NCBI GenBank assembly: GCA_017608625.1
Contig: JAFCFN010000004.1
Coordinates: 1-63,167, forward strand
Reading direction: 5' to 3'
Length of the DNA: 63,167 bases
DNA from: Candidatus Woesearchaeota archaeon
Lineage (GTDB): Archaea > Nanobdellota > Nanobdellia > Woesearchaeales > JAFCFN01
Shown here: positions 49,645 to 62,600 of the stretch, in pieces
Layout of the letters: each line of letters begins with the position of its first letter
Numbering within the stretch: position 1 is the first letter of the stretch
Notes under the pieces: generated by a model
What the model saw: the letters and a program-made list of their open reading frames with translations, nothing else
The model's database searches: none
What the model was told of the DNA's origin: nothing
Position numbers and translations under genes: made by a program

Positions 49645-50537
49645 TATTGCTCAGACTCAAGTCTTTGAAGCTCTTTATTAAGTTCATCAAGTCTTTTTAT
49701 AAGTTTGTCAGGAATAATAGGATATTTTGCTAGCTCTCTTTTTTCCTCTTCTCTTGATCTATATTTTATGATATAATCTTTGATTTGCTCGTCAGTTACT
49801 CCAAATCTTTTTTTGGCAAGAGCAATTATTTTCCTATATTTGTACACTTCTTTTATTTTTAACTCTTTTATAAACTCCTTATCTCTAAGTTTATGTTTTC
49901 TAATCCATGATTTGTATTTTTCTTTTATTGTTGATTTATTTATTTTGGAAAGTTTGTCTTTTAATATGGTTGCCTGTTCATTTGCACCAATTTCCTGCTC
50001 TGCTAAGAATTTTTTAATTCCTACTTTAATTTGATATGGTTTCACACCTACTTTTCCTTCAGCTACAACAACTTCTGTTGAATTTCCTTCAATAACAACA
50101 CCAAAAGCAGTTCCTCTTACTGTAGCTACAGTTGTTGGAGTTTCTATATTTAGATCTGTTTCCATTCCTGCTAATTTCAATACTTTGCTCCATATTTCTC
50201 CTGTTTGTTGTTTTAAGGATATTGTTGTTGTATTCTTATTTGAGATTAATTCTTGAATATTTACTTCTGTATTGCTTTCTAATCTTACTACAGAGCTATC
50301 ATAAAATATAATTGACGCTAAGCTGTTATTTAGTGTTCTTATGCTATCACCTAATTTAAGTTCCATTCCATTTTGAGCAGTGACCCATTCTCCATCAGAT
50401 TTTATTTCTGCTATTCCCTGTCTAATGTACAATGTAGCAGCCACTGTTTTGGAAGGAGAAAGAAGATATAATATAGTGGCTCCTCCTATTATTAACAGAG
50501 TTGCAATAATAATAAGTGTTGTTTTTAAAGCACCCAT
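49644..50537 (-). CDS. Membrane-anchored FecR-domain protein
   Basis: GDSIRT, VRLESNT, IETPTTVATVRGTAF, EGKV. Confidence 0.85.
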   Translation of the reverse strand: MGALKTTLIIIATLLIIGGATILYLLSPSKTVAATLYIRQGIAEIKSDGEWVTAQNGMELKLGDSIRTLNNSLASIIFYDSSVVRLESNTEVNIQELISNKNTTTISLKQQTGEIWSKVLKLAGMETDLNIETPTTVATVRGTAFGVVIEGNSTEVVVAEGKVGVKPYQIKVGIKKFLAEQEIGANEQATILKDKLSKINKSTIKEKYKSWIRKHKLRDKEFIKELKIKEVYKYRKIIALAKKRFGVTDEQIKDYIIKYRSREEEKRELAKYPIIPDKLIKRLDELNKELQRLESEQ

Positions 50538-50570
50538 ATATAACAGGGAGAGTATTTTTAATATATAAAC

Positions 50571-51071
50571 TTATCGAACAATACTCACTTCAACTCCTTT
50601 GTCAAAAGGCAAAGTATAAGAATCAAATTTTTTCTTTACAAAATTTAGATAATCTTGAACTTTATCTTTATGAGAAATGACATTATGGGCTATGATTATA
50701 CAATTTTTATTTAGTTTTTTAAGAATTAGTTTTAAATAATTAAGATATTCTCTTTTTTTACCGTCAATAAAAATGAAATCAAGCTTTTTATTTAATTTTT
50801 TGAGAATTTCTATAGCATCACCAACTTTTACTTCAACAAATTTATTTAGTTTCATTTTTTGAAGATTATTTAAAGCTTTGTTTACTGAATCTTTACCTTG
50901 TTCTATTGTTATTACTTTACCTTTAGTTTTTCTGGCTGCTTTTGCTAAAAAAGAAGTAGAGTATCCTTCACCTGTTCCTATTTCTAGAATTGATTTAGCA
51001 TTTGTTAGAATAATTAATCTGTTTAATAATTCGCCAGTTGCTTGAGAAATAAAATAATCTTTTCTTTTCAT
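50571..51071 (-). CDS. O-methyltransferase (YrrM/COMT-like)
   Basis: ILEIGTGEGYST, DFIFIDG, IIAHNV. Confidence 0.88.
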   Translation of the reverse strand: MKRKDYFISQATGELLNRLIILTNAKSILEIGTGEGYSTSFLAKAARKTKGKVITIEQGKDSVNKALNNLQKMKLNKFVEVKVGDAIEILKKLNKKLDFIFIDGKKREYLNYLKLILKKLNKNCIIIAHNVISHKDKVQDYLNFVKKKFDSYTLPFDKGVEVSIVR

Positions 51072-51084
51072 TATAATAATATAA

Positions 51085-53007
51085 TTATTTCTTTCTTCCT
51101 CTTTGTTGTTCATACAATCTTTTTACTTTTTCCAAACTATCTGCCTCATCGGCAGGCTTGTCATATCTTATTTTAACTACTCTCGGGAATCTTAGAGCAA
51201 AACCAGAAGAATATGTAGGAGAACGTTGGATTTCTTCATAATCAACTTCTATAAGTATTTTTGGTTTTATTGTAACTTCTCTTCCTTTTTGTTTTATGAT
51301 TAAAGGTTTTAACATCTCTGTTAATTGAGTGAAGGTAACACCTGCTCCTTTTTCTTTTATTCCTGTTCCAACTTTTCCAATTTCTAAAAATTTGTCACCT
51401 TTTTTACAAGCAATTGTAAATGAGGAAAGCCATTTTGCTCTTTTTCCAGTTCCCCATTCAGCACCAATTATTGCCAAATCTAAAGTTTCCATTGTTGGCT
51501 TAACTTTAACACCATAACCTACTCTTGAGCCAGGTTCATAAACAGCATCCAGATTTTTTACCATAACTCCTTCATTACCTTTTTCCAAGGCTTCTTTGTA
51601 AAATGCTTCTGCTTCTTTTTCAGAAGAAGTGATCAATGCCTTTGCAACAGCAAGCTTGTTTGGAACTGGCTTCACAATTTTGTCCAACCAAGCCCTCCTT
51701 TTTTTGAATGGTTCTTTGATTATATTCTTATTATTTATCATAATAACATCAAAAAGATTAAGCATAACAGGAATTTCTTTTGTCATTTCCTTTATTCCAT
51801 ATTTTCTTTTAATTCTTTGAGAGATATTTTGAAAAGGCAACCATTTTTTTGTTTTTGGATCAATACCAATGACCTCTCCTTCTATAATATAGTTGTTTGC
51901 TTTTATATTCTTTTTAACTATATCTACTATATCTGGAAATTGTTTTGTTACATCCTCTAAACGCCTTGTGAAAAGTTTTATTTCTTTGTTTTTATGTATC
52001 TGCAATCTGAATCCATCATATTTGTATTCTAGTTCAGCAGGTTTTCCTACAATAGAAAAAGCATCTTCTAAATCTTTTGCTTTTTGGAAAAGCATAACTT
52101 TAATTGGAACTCCTATTTTTAATGCAATTGTAAGCAAGCCTTTTACGCCTTTTGTTTTTGCTGTTAATGCAGTTATGCCTAAATCATTTGATAGATTAAT
52201 TGCTGTTTGAACAACATTAATTAAATAATTATAAGCTTCTCTTGCTGTTTTTTCATCCTCTGTTAAAATTGAATCGTAATTTTTCAAATTTTTATTTTCT
52301 AAATCTTTTTTGGATTTTATTTTCAAAATTTTCCCTGTATGTTTTTTGGTTATTTCTATTGCAAATTTGTCATCTATTTTATTTCCACATTCCAAGCATT
52401 TTTGCATTTTTGGCATCCAATTTTTGCATTTTTGGCATTGAAAAAATATACCAATTATTGGAGGAAAAAAGGCCCATACAATAGCATCCCTTATAGAGCC
52501 TTCTGCAGCACCTATTCTTAATTCTCCTAGGAGTGTTCTTACTATGTATTTTGCTTCTAAAGGTTGTGCAGAAGATAGAAGTTCTCTTATTAATTGCAAT
52601 TTTCTTTCAACAGTTCCAGCACCTGTTAGTTCTGCTAGTTTTCTTAGATTAGTGATTACTTTTTTTACTGTTAATTCTTCTTTAGATAGTATCATCTGCT
52701 TTTTCTTTGCAATTAATTCTTCTGCTACTTTGCCTAGATCTCCAATAGAAGCCCATTTATCTTCAATTTTTCTTTGTTCTATTCCAGATGTTTGAGAAAG
52801 AGCTTTTAGAATCAATCTTGCTGCTACTCCTAGTTCTCTTTGATCGTAGCTAGGAAATACATTTCCTTGAACTAAAAGCGTAACTGTTTCAAGATCTTCT
52901 GTATTTGTTTTTTTGAGCAACTTTGCTATTAGATAGGTTTTTTCTAATCTTTTTGTTGTTTTTTCAAGTTCTTGGTATGTATTAACAAGCTCAGAGTATA
53001 ACATCAA
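51085..53007 (-). CDS. lig: ATP-dependent DNA ligase with a zinc-ribbon insertion
   Basis: EYKYDGFR, EGVMVK, ALRFPR. Confidence 0.96.
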   Translation of the reverse strand: MMLYSELVNTYQELEKTTKRLEKTYLIAKLLKKTNTEDLETVTLLVQGNVFPSYDQRELGVAARLILKALSQTSGIEQRKIEDKWASIGDLGKVAEELIAKKKQMILSKEELTVKKVITNLRKLAELTGAGTVERKLQLIRELLSSAQPLEAKYIVRTLLGELRIGAAEGSIRDAIVWAFFPPIIGIFFQCQKCKNWMPKMQKCLECGNKIDDKFAIEITKKHTGKILKIKSKKDLENKNLKNYDSILTEDEKTAREAYNYLINVVQTAINLSNDLGITALTAKTKGVKGLLTIALKIGVPIKVMLFQKAKDLEDAFSIVGKPAELEYKYDGFRLQIHKNKEIKLFTRRLEDVTKQFPDIVDIVKKNIKANNYIIEGEVIGIDPKTKKWLPFQNISQRIKRKYGIKEMTKEIPVMLNLFDVIMINNKNIIKEPFKKRRAWLDKIVKPVPNKLAVAKALITSSEKEAEAFYKEALEKGNEGVMVKNLDAVYEPGSRVGYGVKVKPTMETLDLAIIGAEWGTGKRAKWLSSFTIACKKGDKFLEIGKVGTGIKEKGAGVTFTQLTEMLKPLIIKQKGREVTIKPKILIEVDYEEIQRSPTYSSGFALRFPRVVKIRYDKPADEADSLEKVKRLYEQQRGRKK

Positions 53008-53155
53008 AAACTATATATATTAGAGTATATTTAAATCTTGCTGTAGGCAATAATATTTAGCTACGCTAAATATTTTAAACCTCCCCATTAGAGCACAACT
53101 AAGGAGAGTGCCCCACCCCAACAAAAGATTATGTTTTGACACAACTAAATATACA

Positions 53156-53821
53156 ATGGAACTAAATGAAACAATTAAAAAGAGAAGGTGTGTTAGAAGA
53201 TTTTTAGATAAACCAGTTGAGTGGGATAAAGTAAGTAAGATTATAGACTCTGCTAGATATGCACCTTCTGCAGGAAATATACAGGATTGGCGATTTATTG
53301 TTGTAACTGATAAAAGCAAAATAGCTAAATTATCTGATGCTGCTTTGGAACAAAGATTTATTGAACAGGCTCCTGTTGTAATTGTTGTTTGTTCTGATAT
53401 TGAAAAAATTAAAAGAGCTTATGGAATGAGAGGAGAAAAATTATATTCTATACAGGATTGTGCAGCAGCTGTGCAAAACATGTTTTTAACTATAACTGAT
53501 TTGGGTTTAGCAACATGTTGGGTGGGAGCATTTGATGAGGCAAAGGTTAAACAGATTTTATCTATTCCAGAAGGAGTAAGGCCTCAAGCAATATTGCCTA
53601 TTGGTTATGCTGATGAACAACCAAAAATGCCTTTAAGACAAGAACTGTATGCTATCACTTTTTTTGATAAGTACGGCAATAGAGTTAAAGATGTGGACGC
53701 TGTTCTTGGGAAATGGGGCAAAGTAATGGAGAGAGAAGTTAAAAAAGAAGCTAAAACAATTAGTAAAAAGATTAAGAAAACAATTAAAAAAGTTAAAGTG
53801 AGATTAAAGAAAAAGAAATAA
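53156..53821 (+). CDS. Nitroreductase-family protein
   Basis: RRCVRRF, APSAGNIQDWRF, LGLATCWVGAF, IGY. Confidence 0.92.
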   Translation: MELNETIKKRRCVRRFLDKPVEWDKVSKIIDSARYAPSAGNIQDWRFIVVTDKSKIAKLSDAALEQRFIEQAPVVIVVCSDIEKIKRAYGMRGEKLYSIQDCAAAVQNMFLTITDLGLATCWVGAFDEAKVKQILSIPEGVRPQAILPIGYADEQPKMPLRQELYAITFFDKYGNRVKDVDAVLGKWGKVMEREVKKEAKTISKKIKKTIKKVKVRLKKKK

Positions 53822-54103
53822 TTATCCAAACTGAGCTAAACAAGCTGCTCTAAACTCTTCGCTGACTTTATCACACAAGCTTGGATCATTCTTATTTACA
53901 GCTTCTATTGCATAACAATTATCTAATGCTTGCTGCTCAGTCATTTCTGGATTAGTTTCTTTAATTTGATCTAAACATTCCTTTACACTAATATCTGGAA
54001 TATAATCTACTTGATCAGCTGAGAGCTTAGGCTCTTTTGGTTTACAACCACTCAAAGCTATTAAACACATTACAAGCAATATTGGAATTATTTTCTTCAA
54101 CAT
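53822..54103 (-). CDS. Small Cys-containing lipoprotein
   Basis: Lipobox LSGC; CY..A....DPSLCDKV..C motif. Confidence 0.7.
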   Translation of the reverse strand: MLKKIIPILLVMCLIALSGCKPKEPKLSADQVDYIPDISVKECLDQIKETNPEMTEQQALDNCYAIEAVNKNDPSLCDKVSEEFRAACLAQFG

Positions 54104-57100
54104 TTTTCAGGATGTTTCTCACACCACCAAATAGGTTTGCCTGTTCCTTGTTTTCCAGGTTCTACTGGTTTAGAATCAGGCTCTGAATCATCTGCATCTA
54201 CTATTCCATCTCCATCATTATCTAAATCAAGAGCATCAGTTGTTCCTTCCTCATCTGTATCTTCTAAACTATCCTTTGCTTCACCTTCTGTTATTATTCC
54301 ATTAACCTGACAAACAGGAGCCCAACCATTCTGATTAATCCATACCTTCATTGTACCTTCTGTGCATCCAAATTTCTGCTCTCCTTTGTTTTCACCTGGC
54401 TTACAATACAAGATCTGCTCACAACTACAACCATAAGTTGTTGCAGTTGTTATGCTGCTGTCAACAATTTCTGGATTACTACTAGAGCCAATGTTTGTCT
54501 CAAATATTCTGTCTTCATCTACTGCTGCATAATGCTGTGGTCTTAATACATCTGTTGGAACAGATTCTTGTAATAGAGTGTCAGGGCATTTATCAACATC
54601 ATTTCTAACTCCATCATTATCTTCATCCAGATAAACTGTAACTTTTATTGTATTGCTGTTTCCAGCATTATCCCTGGCTGTCTTTACAATTATTACATAA
54701 ATAGAATCTGTTAGAGCTTCTAGTGAATCAAAATTAAATTCAGTAGGTCCTGGAGATGCTAGTGTAGCTAGTAAATTATTATTTGGATCATAGATTTCAA
54801 TTGTTGAACCTTTAATTCCAGAACTAGGTTCTGGATCTGTTATAAGGTTTTCTAGTGTTAGGCAGTTATCTACATAAATAATTTCATCATCTTTTACTAT
54901 AACAGATCCATTCTTATAATCAATGTTGTTGAATAGGAACTCTCCAGTGCATGTTCCATCTTGAGATGCTGTGAATTTAAGCTCTTCATATGGAGGAACT
55001 GTGTCTAGGAATATGTAGGTTGTTTTGCTTATTTGATTTCCAGCAATATCTGTTGCTATAACAGATATTGTGTTTAATCCTTCTACTAAATTAATAGTTG
55101 CTGCATATGTATTATCAATTATTGTTGCATTTACTCCATTAACTACTACTTCTTTTACTCCTGAAAGTTCATCTGTAACAGTGCCTGTTATTGTTTGTGT
55201 TGGAATGTTTGTTGGAGTTGTTACTGGATCTATTGTCAAAGATGGAGGAGTTTTGTCGATTTTTACTAAGGCTGATTTTATCTCTTCTTTATTTCCTGCA
55301 TAATCTTTACTATAATATCTTAAATAGTTATAACCTTCTTTAGAAATTAGGGCATGATTGCCAATTATGGATGGTGTGCAGTTATTAATTTGATCTGTAC
55401 AATAATATGTATATGCAACTCCTGATAAACTATCTCCACTAATTAATTCAATTGTTACATTTGTGTTATGCCATATATCATCAGAATCATCCATTGTTGT
55501 TGGAGGGTATGTATCAACCTTAACAACAAAATATTTTTCTGCTTCTTTATTGCCAGCATTATCAACAGAATAATAATATATTGTGTAAATGCCATCTGAT
55601 AGATTAAATGTTCCAGTGTATGGTGTATAGTTAGCTGAATTTATTTTGTAATATGTTTTTGATACACCTGAAGTAGCATCACTGGCTGTTAAAGTTATGT
55701 ATATTTCTTGTTCTTTATACCAGCCATTATCTCCAGTTACTCCAACTACTGAATGGTTTGTTGTAGGAGGAATTGTGTCAATAGTTGTTGTTGCTATGTC
55801 TGATTTATTGCTTTCATGATAAACATTATCAGTAGCAGTTACCTGATAATAATATGTCATGCCTTCTAAAACTAATGTATCATTGAAGTAAGTATTTAAT
55901 CCAGTGCTTATGTGAGATTCATTATTTTTATAGAGGGTGTAGTAAGCAACTCCTGAAACCTCATCATAGCTTTCATTCCAATCAACATATATATTAAGTT
56001 TTGTTGTATACTGCGGCAGTGGATATATATCCGGAATAGTTGGTGGATATAGATCAATTGTTACACTTGTTTTGGCAGAATCTTTACTTCTTCCTGCATT
56101 ATCATATGCTTTTACATAATATGTGTATGTGGTTGCATCAGATAAACCAGAATCAATATATGATGTATTAGTTGTTGTTAGGATTAATTGATTATTTCTG
56201 TATAGTTCGTAATAAGCAATTCCTGATGTGTTGTCATAACCAGTCCAAGTAATTTGTACGATTCCATCCCCATCAAATTCAGGTAAAGGATTTATGTTTA
56301 CTATAGGATCTGTTTTATCTATTTTAATTAAATCTGTGTTTGTTGATTCAACATTCCCTGCATTGTCTGTGCTGTAATATTTTACAAAATTATCCCCTTC
56401 TGTTGTTATTATAATAGAGTTTCCTGAAGTAGGTGTGCAATTATTATTTTGATTAGAGCAAATATACGAGTCAGCAACTCCTGATAAAGAATCAGAAGCT
56501 GTTGTTACAGCATTAACATTGCTTATGTACCATTCATTTCTGCCAAGTTGGCCTGTTAAACTAAGCGAGGTTGAAGGAGCAGTTTTATCAAGCTTTACAA
56601 TAATTTCTTTTATATTTTCTATATTGCCTGCATTGTCTGAACTATGGTATTTTATGTAGTATGCACCTTCATCTACAACATCAATTAATTTTTGATCTAT
56701 ATTTGGAACGCATGCATTGTTGTTATCAATACAATATTTTGTCCATAAGATACCAGATCCAATATCTGTTGCATTGAGTATGATATGGGCATCGCTATTT
56801 ACCCAAACATTATCATAAGCATAATTGTCTGTTGTAGCGGGTTTATCAATATCAATTGCAATTATTTTATTTTGGCATACTATATTTCCTGCTAAATCTT
56901 CTGCACAACCATTTACAATATATATTCCTGTTTGATTTAACCATTTCTCTATTGTTTTGCCTTCTGGTTCAGTTAATACAATTAAAGCATAAGTTGAGAA
57001 ATGATATGTTTCTAGTGTCAGTGTTTTTGCAACTGTATCCTTTATTGCATGTTGTGCTTCCCAGTTTCCTGTTTCTGGATTTTTATAAAATATATCCAAT

Positions 57101-58362
57101 TTTTCTTCTTCTTTTGGTTTCAGATCTAAATCACCATAATAGAATATGATTGTTATTGGTTTATCAAAAGTTGCGTTTATTGGCATTATATCATAATGCC
57201 TTAGTAATTTTCCTTGACCACTATTTGTACTGACTGCAAACTGGGATGAATTTTCCACGATGCTGAATACTGTATTATTTACTATTCCCCCATCAATAGC
57301 TGTATTAGAAGGTACATTGACTGTTACAGCTCCATCTGTAGATGTTAGAGTTCCTCCTTCTTGACCAATTAATTTTTTACTTTCTATTTTCCATTTATTT
57401 GCAGCATCATAAGCCAAACTGTCTTTCAATCCAGCGCAGTTTGTATCTGCGCTGGAATTAAAACCATAACTGTGACCCCAATAGTTTCCTCCTCCAAATA
57501 ATACAGCAAGATCTGTTCCTGAAGGAGGACAGGAATCAAAATGTACCTTGTAAACATTGTTTTTCAAAAGAGCGTTGTTGTTTGATTCTTCAAAATAAAC
57601 TTCATTTTTTATGTTATTTCCTGTTATGTAAGCGTGAGAAACTCCAAGCATATATAATTCGTTGAGTGTGTTATTAATTACCTTGTTATAGTTTCCTGCA
57701 GCAATTTCAACTCCAATATAACGGGTGTTAATTGTGTTGTTTACTATGTATGCATTTCCTTTTGTTATTATTTTAATTCCGCAGTCTCCAGTAATATAAT
57801 TATTTATAATGCTTGTATGATCATTTACATTGTATTCATCAGCAATTCCACAACCCCTAGCATTTATGACTTGATTATTTACGATACTATTATTAAAGCT
57901 GGTTGTTATACCTCCAAATCCCACTAAATATCCTATATCAGAAACAGCATTATCTTTAATTTTGTTATTATCAGAATTGACAATATGCACTAACTCATCG
58001 ATAGACTGTGTAGCTTCATTAGAAATTATGAGATTATTATCAGAATCTTTTAAATAAATTCCATATAAATAATCTTTGATAGTACAATTTTTAATTGTTA
58101 CTCCAGATCTGCCATTTAGGTAAATTCCATTTTTGTTACCTTCATATTGATATCCAATTGTATGTCCATTACAGTCCAAAGTAATGTCATTAGCACCAAT
58201 AATAATCCCATCTCCAGGACAATCTAATATGTCCTGAGTTAAAACAGTGTCTTCTGTTATTGTTTGGCCACAAACACCTTGACTAAATGCACTGGCAGAA
58301 TTAATTAGTATGATGCCCACTATTAAGATTAATACAGTGTTCAATAGTATGTTTCTTTTCAT
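54097..58362 (-). CDS. Large secreted protein: beta-helix (NosD-like), Ig-like/FN3 repeats, TSP3-like Cys-rich C-terminus
   Basis: Signal peptide; [10 protein letters not shown]; repeated YYSxDNAGNxE and DKTxP; DEDNDGV..DKCPDT. Confidence 0.8.
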   Translation of the reverse strand: MKRNILLNTVLILIVGIILINSASAFSQGVCGQTITEDTVLTQDILDCPGDGIIIGANDITLDCNGHTIGYQYEGNKNGIYLNGRSGVTIKNCTIKDYLYGIYLKDSDNNLIISNEATQSIDELVHIVNSDNNKIKDNAVSDIGYLVGFGGITTSFNNSIVNNQVINARGCGIADEYNVNDHTSIINNYITGDCGIKIITKGNAYIVNNTINTRYIGVEIAAGNYNKVINNTLNELYMLGVSHAYITGNNIKNEVYFEESNNNALLKNNVYKVHFDSCPPSGTDLAVLFGGGNYWGHSYGFNSSADTNCAGLKDSLAYDAANKWKIESKKLIGQEGGTLTSTDGAVTVNVPSNTAIDGGIVNNTVFSIVENSSQFAVSTNSGQGKLLRHYDIMPINATFDKPITIIFYYGDLDLKPKEEEKLDIFYKNPETGNWEAQHAIKDTVAKTLTLETYHFSTYALIVLTEPEGKTIEKWLNQTGIYIVNGCAEDLAGNIVCQNKIIAIDIDKPATTDNYAYDNVWVNSDAHIILNATDIGSGILWTKYCIDNNNACVPNIDQKLIDVVDEGAYYIKYHSSDNAGNIENIKEIIVKLDKTAPSTSLSLTGQLGRNEWYISNVNAVTTASDSLSGVADSYICSNQNNNCTPTSGNSIIITTEGDNFVKYYSTDNAGNVESTNTDLIKIDKTDPIVNINPLPEFDGDGIVQITWTGYDNTSGIAYYELYRNNQLILTTTNTSYIDSGLSDATTYTYYVKAYDNAGRSKDSAKTSVTIDLYPPTIPDIYPLPQYTTKLNIYVDWNESYDEVSGVAYYTLYKNNESHISTGLNTYFNDTLVLEGMTYYYQVTATDNVYHESNKSDIATTTIDTIPPTTNHSVVGVTGDNGWYKEQEIYITLTASDATSGVSKTYYKINSANYTPYTGTFNLSDGIYTIYYYSVDNAGNKEAEKYFVVKVDTYPPTTMDDSDDIWHNTNVTIELISGDSLSGVAYTYYCTDQINNCTPSIIGNHALISKEGYNYLRYYSKDYAGNKEEIKSALVKIDKTPPSLTIDPVTTPTNIPTQTITGTVTDELSGVKEVVVNGVNATIIDNTYAATINLVEGLNTISVIATDIAGNQISKTTYIFLDTVPPYEELKFTASQDGTCTGEFLFNNIDYKNGSVIVKDDEIIYVDNCLTLENLITDPEPSSGIKGSTIEIYDPNNNLLATLASPGPTEFNFDSLEALTDSIYVIIVKTARDNAGNSNTIKVTVYLDEDNDGVRNDVDKCPDTLLQESVPTDVLRPQHYAAVDEDRIFETNIGSSSNPEIVDSSITTATTYGCSCEQILYCKPGENKGEQKFGCTEGTMKVWINQNGWAPVCQVNGIITEGEAKDSLEDTDEEGTTDALDLDNDGDGIVDADDSEPDSKPVEPGKQGTGKPIWWCEKHPEKC

Positions 58363-59681
58363 TTTTTATTAATAGTCAAATTCAAATTTTTTATTCCTGA
58401 CAAAGAGTCTGTAGCATTGATTATAATTTTTACAGTTGAGACATACCAATTACTTAATCCTTCTATACCCTTAGCTATTATATTTGAAACAGGTTTTGTT
58501 TTATCTATGTTTACTTCTATTGATTTGATGGTTTCTTTATTTCCTGAATTATCAACAGCATAATATTCTATTATGTTGCTGCCTTCTTCTGAAATTAAAG
58601 TATTTACGTTTGATCCAGGGACTGTTATCCAGGCTCCATTATTAATCCTGTAATTAATTTCTTTTACACCGCATGCTGGAGAGCCTTCTTCAAACGCTGT
58701 TAGAGTTATATTGACATTATGATTTACCCAATCAGAAGGTGCATTATGAGTTGTTACAGGAGCAATTTGATCATTCTCATCTATTAAACCATTGCAATTG
58801 TTATCTAATCCATCACATACTTCTTCTGCTCCTGGATTTATATCAGCATTATTATCATCACAATCTGTGTCTGCAAAATATCCATCATTATCAGAATCCC
58901 CAATTATTTCAACATCTGTTAGTGTATAATCCCAAGCAAGTTTATCATTCCAATGATCTTTTCCAAAAGGATAAATCATTGCAACGAAATTATACACATT
59001 AGCTGACTGTGCTGTTTTTGGAACAATAAAATTAATATTATAGGTACCATCTGCTGTATTTATGTGATCCCATGTACCATCTGTAATGTATGTTTGGTCA
59101 TTATACTTTAATTCAACTCTCACACTTAGGTCTGTTGAGGGTACGCCAGTCCATGTTACAGGAACAGAATAAATAGTTACACCATCTGCATATAGCTTTT
59201 TAGGATAATTTCCAATTTTAAATGTAGCATCTTTACCGTCGCAATTTTCATCAATACCATTATTAAATATTTCAATAGCACCAGGATTTATATCAGCATT
59301 ATTATCATCACAATCAACAGCAGAATATGTACATCCTTCAGTATAGCCTTCTATACCATATCCATCATTATCATTATCTATACAAGTTATTATTATACAT
59401 GCATCTGGATCATCTGTACAAGCTATATCACCATAATCTGCTGGAGAAACTAAATCAAGATCCCCACACTCATAACCTTGCGTGTTGATAATAACTCCTG
59501 TTGTACAGAAGTCTGGATCTGTTGTGCATGATGCTCCATAATCCTCTGGATCTACTGAATCAATATTTTCACAAACATATTGTTGGTTGTTTATTATAAC
59601 TGTTTGGGCTAAGGCAATGCTGGATAAAATAAAGAAAAAAATGAAAAATACAAAAACTGCTTTATTAATTAAAAATTTCAT
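58359..59681 (-). CDS. Secreted protein with MopE-like metal-binding repeats and Ig-like domains
   Basis: Two [18 protein letters not shown] repeats (32-bp exact DNA repeat at 58834-58865 and 59284-59315). Confidence 0.8.
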   Translation of the reverse strand: MKFLINKAVFVFFIFFFILSSIALAQTVIINNQQYVCENIDSVDPEDYGASCTTDPDFCTTGVIINTQGYECGDLDLVSPADYGDIACTDDPDACIIITCIDNDNDGYGIEGYTEGCTYSAVDCDDNNADINPGAIEIFNNGIDENCDGKDATFKIGNYPKKLYADGVTIYSVPVTWTGVPSTDLSVRVELKYNDQTYITDGTWDHINTADGTYNINFIVPKTAQSANVYNFVAMIYPFGKDHWNDKLAWDYTLTDVEIIGDSDNDGYFADTDCDDNNADINPGAEEVCDGLDNNCNGLIDENDQIAPVTTHNAPSDWVNHNVNITLTAFEEGSPACGVKEINYRINNGAWITVPGSNVNTLISEEGSNIIEYYAVDNSGNKETIKSIEVNIDKTKPVSNIIAKGIEGLSNWYVSTVKIIINATDSLSGIKNLNLTINKK

Positions 59682-59693
59682 ATTTACCCTTTA

Positions 59694-62600
59694 TTAAGAG
59701 ATTATTGGTTGTTTGAAAGTGTTGTCATTAGCACAATAATATCCATTAATACATGGTTGTGATGAATCACATACATCTCCATATTTTGTTGCTTGATAGC
59801 AATATTGTTGTGTTATTGTCCATTGTGGAACACATGCATTTGCTATATTGCTAGGAACTGCTATTTCTCCTGTCCAGCAATTTGCACAGTTTTCTTTTGC
59901 TGGTGCAAATACATTTATTGTTGGCAAATCACTATTCCCAGGTGTGCTATGACATGTATAATTATTTATTGCATTACCCCAACAGTATGTTGTACAATCA
60001 GCTTTTGCTGTGCATGGGCATCCATCAGCAGGGTTTATCAAAGCATTTGTGTCATCACAATCTGATAAAGTTGTTGATCCAGTGCATGCACTTAAATCAG
60101 TTCCTTGTGCTCCAAAACCATCTCCATCAGCATCACTACATTCTGGAGGTGCTGCTCCTACAGTACAAACATGTTTTCCTAAACCATTGTTGTAATGGTC
60201 TGCTATTTCTTCTGGTGTTAAGGCTCTGTTGTAGATTGCTACTTCGTCGATGAGGCCGTTGAAATATTTACCATCATAAGGCACACTCCCTCCAAAATAC
60301 CAATTTCCATTAGTTCCTTGATCACCCACCTCCCAAATTTCTCTATCACCAGAATTGTCCACACCGTTTACATAAAGATAAATTTGTCCATTTGGTACTT
60401 GTCTTACTACAATATGATACCACTCTCCTCCTGTCCAAGAAGTTCTTTTTGAATAAACACTTCTCCACTTCCACCAATAAACCCTTAATTTTCCTGTATC
60501 TGCTTGTAACATCCCCATAGGATTTATACCTCCTTCACCGGGATTCCCCCCTTCACCAACTAATAATTGATTTTCACTTGCAGAGGAATCAAAGGTATTT
60601 TGAAGTTTAAACCAATATTCGACTGTAAAACCATCGGCTATCGCATTTGATATTGGCGTGGCTTGTATTCTCACATAATCATCACTTCCATCAAAACTCA
60701 AAGCACTTCCAACCTTTCCTGTTGTCCATGTTGCACCATAAATTGTTCCATTATTAACTCCTAATACATCTGAAGCTATGTTTCCAGAACCTTCATCAAA
60801 CTGCCATACTGAAACAGCACCTTCTGGGCATACAACAGCAGCGGTAGTTTCTTCACTTCCAATTGAAATTGTTGGTTCTGGGGAGGCATATTTTCTAATA
60901 ACTAAATTATCAAAATAGTAACCATTAGTGTCATAACCCCATTTTACACCAATTCTTATATCCATATCAGTTGGATTATCAATCGCATGCCAACTCGTAT
61001 CTTCCAATACATTCCCGCTTAAGTCAGATATTACGATTTTTGCTTGACCGTTTGCTAAGAATGCTTCTATTTTGCGATTTAAATCAGAAGTTAAGTATTT
61101 CTCAGATGTAGTCCATACATCGTTGTTATAATCCCACCAATAAAGTGTCCCACCAGACCTAACATAAATTTCTCGCCAACGACTACTCCAGCTAGTTCCT
61201 CTAACTCCAACATTAAAATTTCCTGCTCCATTCAAGGTTGTAAATCTAGGATTGTATTGCGTGTTAGGAGAACCATCAGAACCTAAATAATCTATTGAAA
61301 AATACATTCCAACGTCAGTTGCATTAAATGGCTCACTTAAATGAAGATAAGCTGCATCTCTATTCCCTGTGCTATCTCCAACTATATTCACATGCAATTT
61401 GCCATCAACAATTTCTATCGTGCTATAAGATGATTTTGCATACCCTAATATCTTGTTATTATACCCATTAACTTGTGTTGAAAAATCATTCCAGTCATAC
61501 ATGGTTGCTGATTTATTGCTTGCACTCGCCGCATTTGGATTACCATAATACATATAAATGCTAGCTGTTGATCCTGCAGGGATATTTGGAACTTTTACCC
61601 ACGCAACAGATGGGCAGCTTTCTAGCCAATAAGACAATTGATTCCCATTCTGATCGCTAAATCTTAGATCAGAACAATCAGAATTCATCTTTCCTTCTGA
61701 TATTAATGCAGATCCATCAAATTCAACTTTTATTTGATAATCTGTTAAAGCATTTGAGTTTTCTGTGTTATCTATTGTTATTTCTCTTTTATATGCCCAC
61801 TGAGATAAAGATAACTCTTCAGGTTTTGTTTCATTATAATGCTGTTGAATTTCTTCTGGAGTTAGTGCTCTGTTATATATTTTTACTTCATCTATGAGGC
61901 CGTTGAAATATTGACCACTGTACTTACATCCTGATGCAACATCATTTGCACCTCCTATAAATATGCTACAGAAATTATTGGCAGCCATATCCACACCAAC
62001 ATATTTACTATCGCCTAATACACCATTCATATAAATACGAAGATAATTACCATCATATGTATAGGCAACATGATACCAATTATTTTCTGAATATGAAGTT
62101 GGAGAATCTATATAGTACCAGTTATCATCTGTTCCCTTAAACTGTCCACGGAAAAAATTACCCGCAGAAGATTTTAATAACTGATATCTTCCATTTTTTC
62201 CAGCAATCCATCTTTGTCCAGTATTAGAATCAGGTTTCACCCACGCCTCAATCGTAATCGCATCAGTAATATCCAAACTTGCTGAATCTGAGATAATCAC
62301 ATAATCATCCACCCCATCAAAACTCAAAGCCCTACCTCCTCCTGCAATAGGAGAATCAACACAAATTGCTCCATTAATAGTTCCATCATTTCCATAAGTT
62401 GATGAATCAGTTGCAGTACAATCATTAAATGTATAGTTTGCAACTAAAGGTTCAGGTTCAGGAGCAGCAGGAGTACAATATTGCTTTGAATTTAGGCCAT
62501 TAATATAATGTTGATTAATTTCATCAGCAGTTAGAGCTCTATCATAAATTGCTACTTCATCTATGAGGCCGTTGAAAGTAGCTCCAGGACCACCTTGCCA

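Noticed and set aside
52250-52460. Mini-intein in DNA ligase
   Set aside because: No C-terminal HN followed by C/S/T, and the insert is too short.
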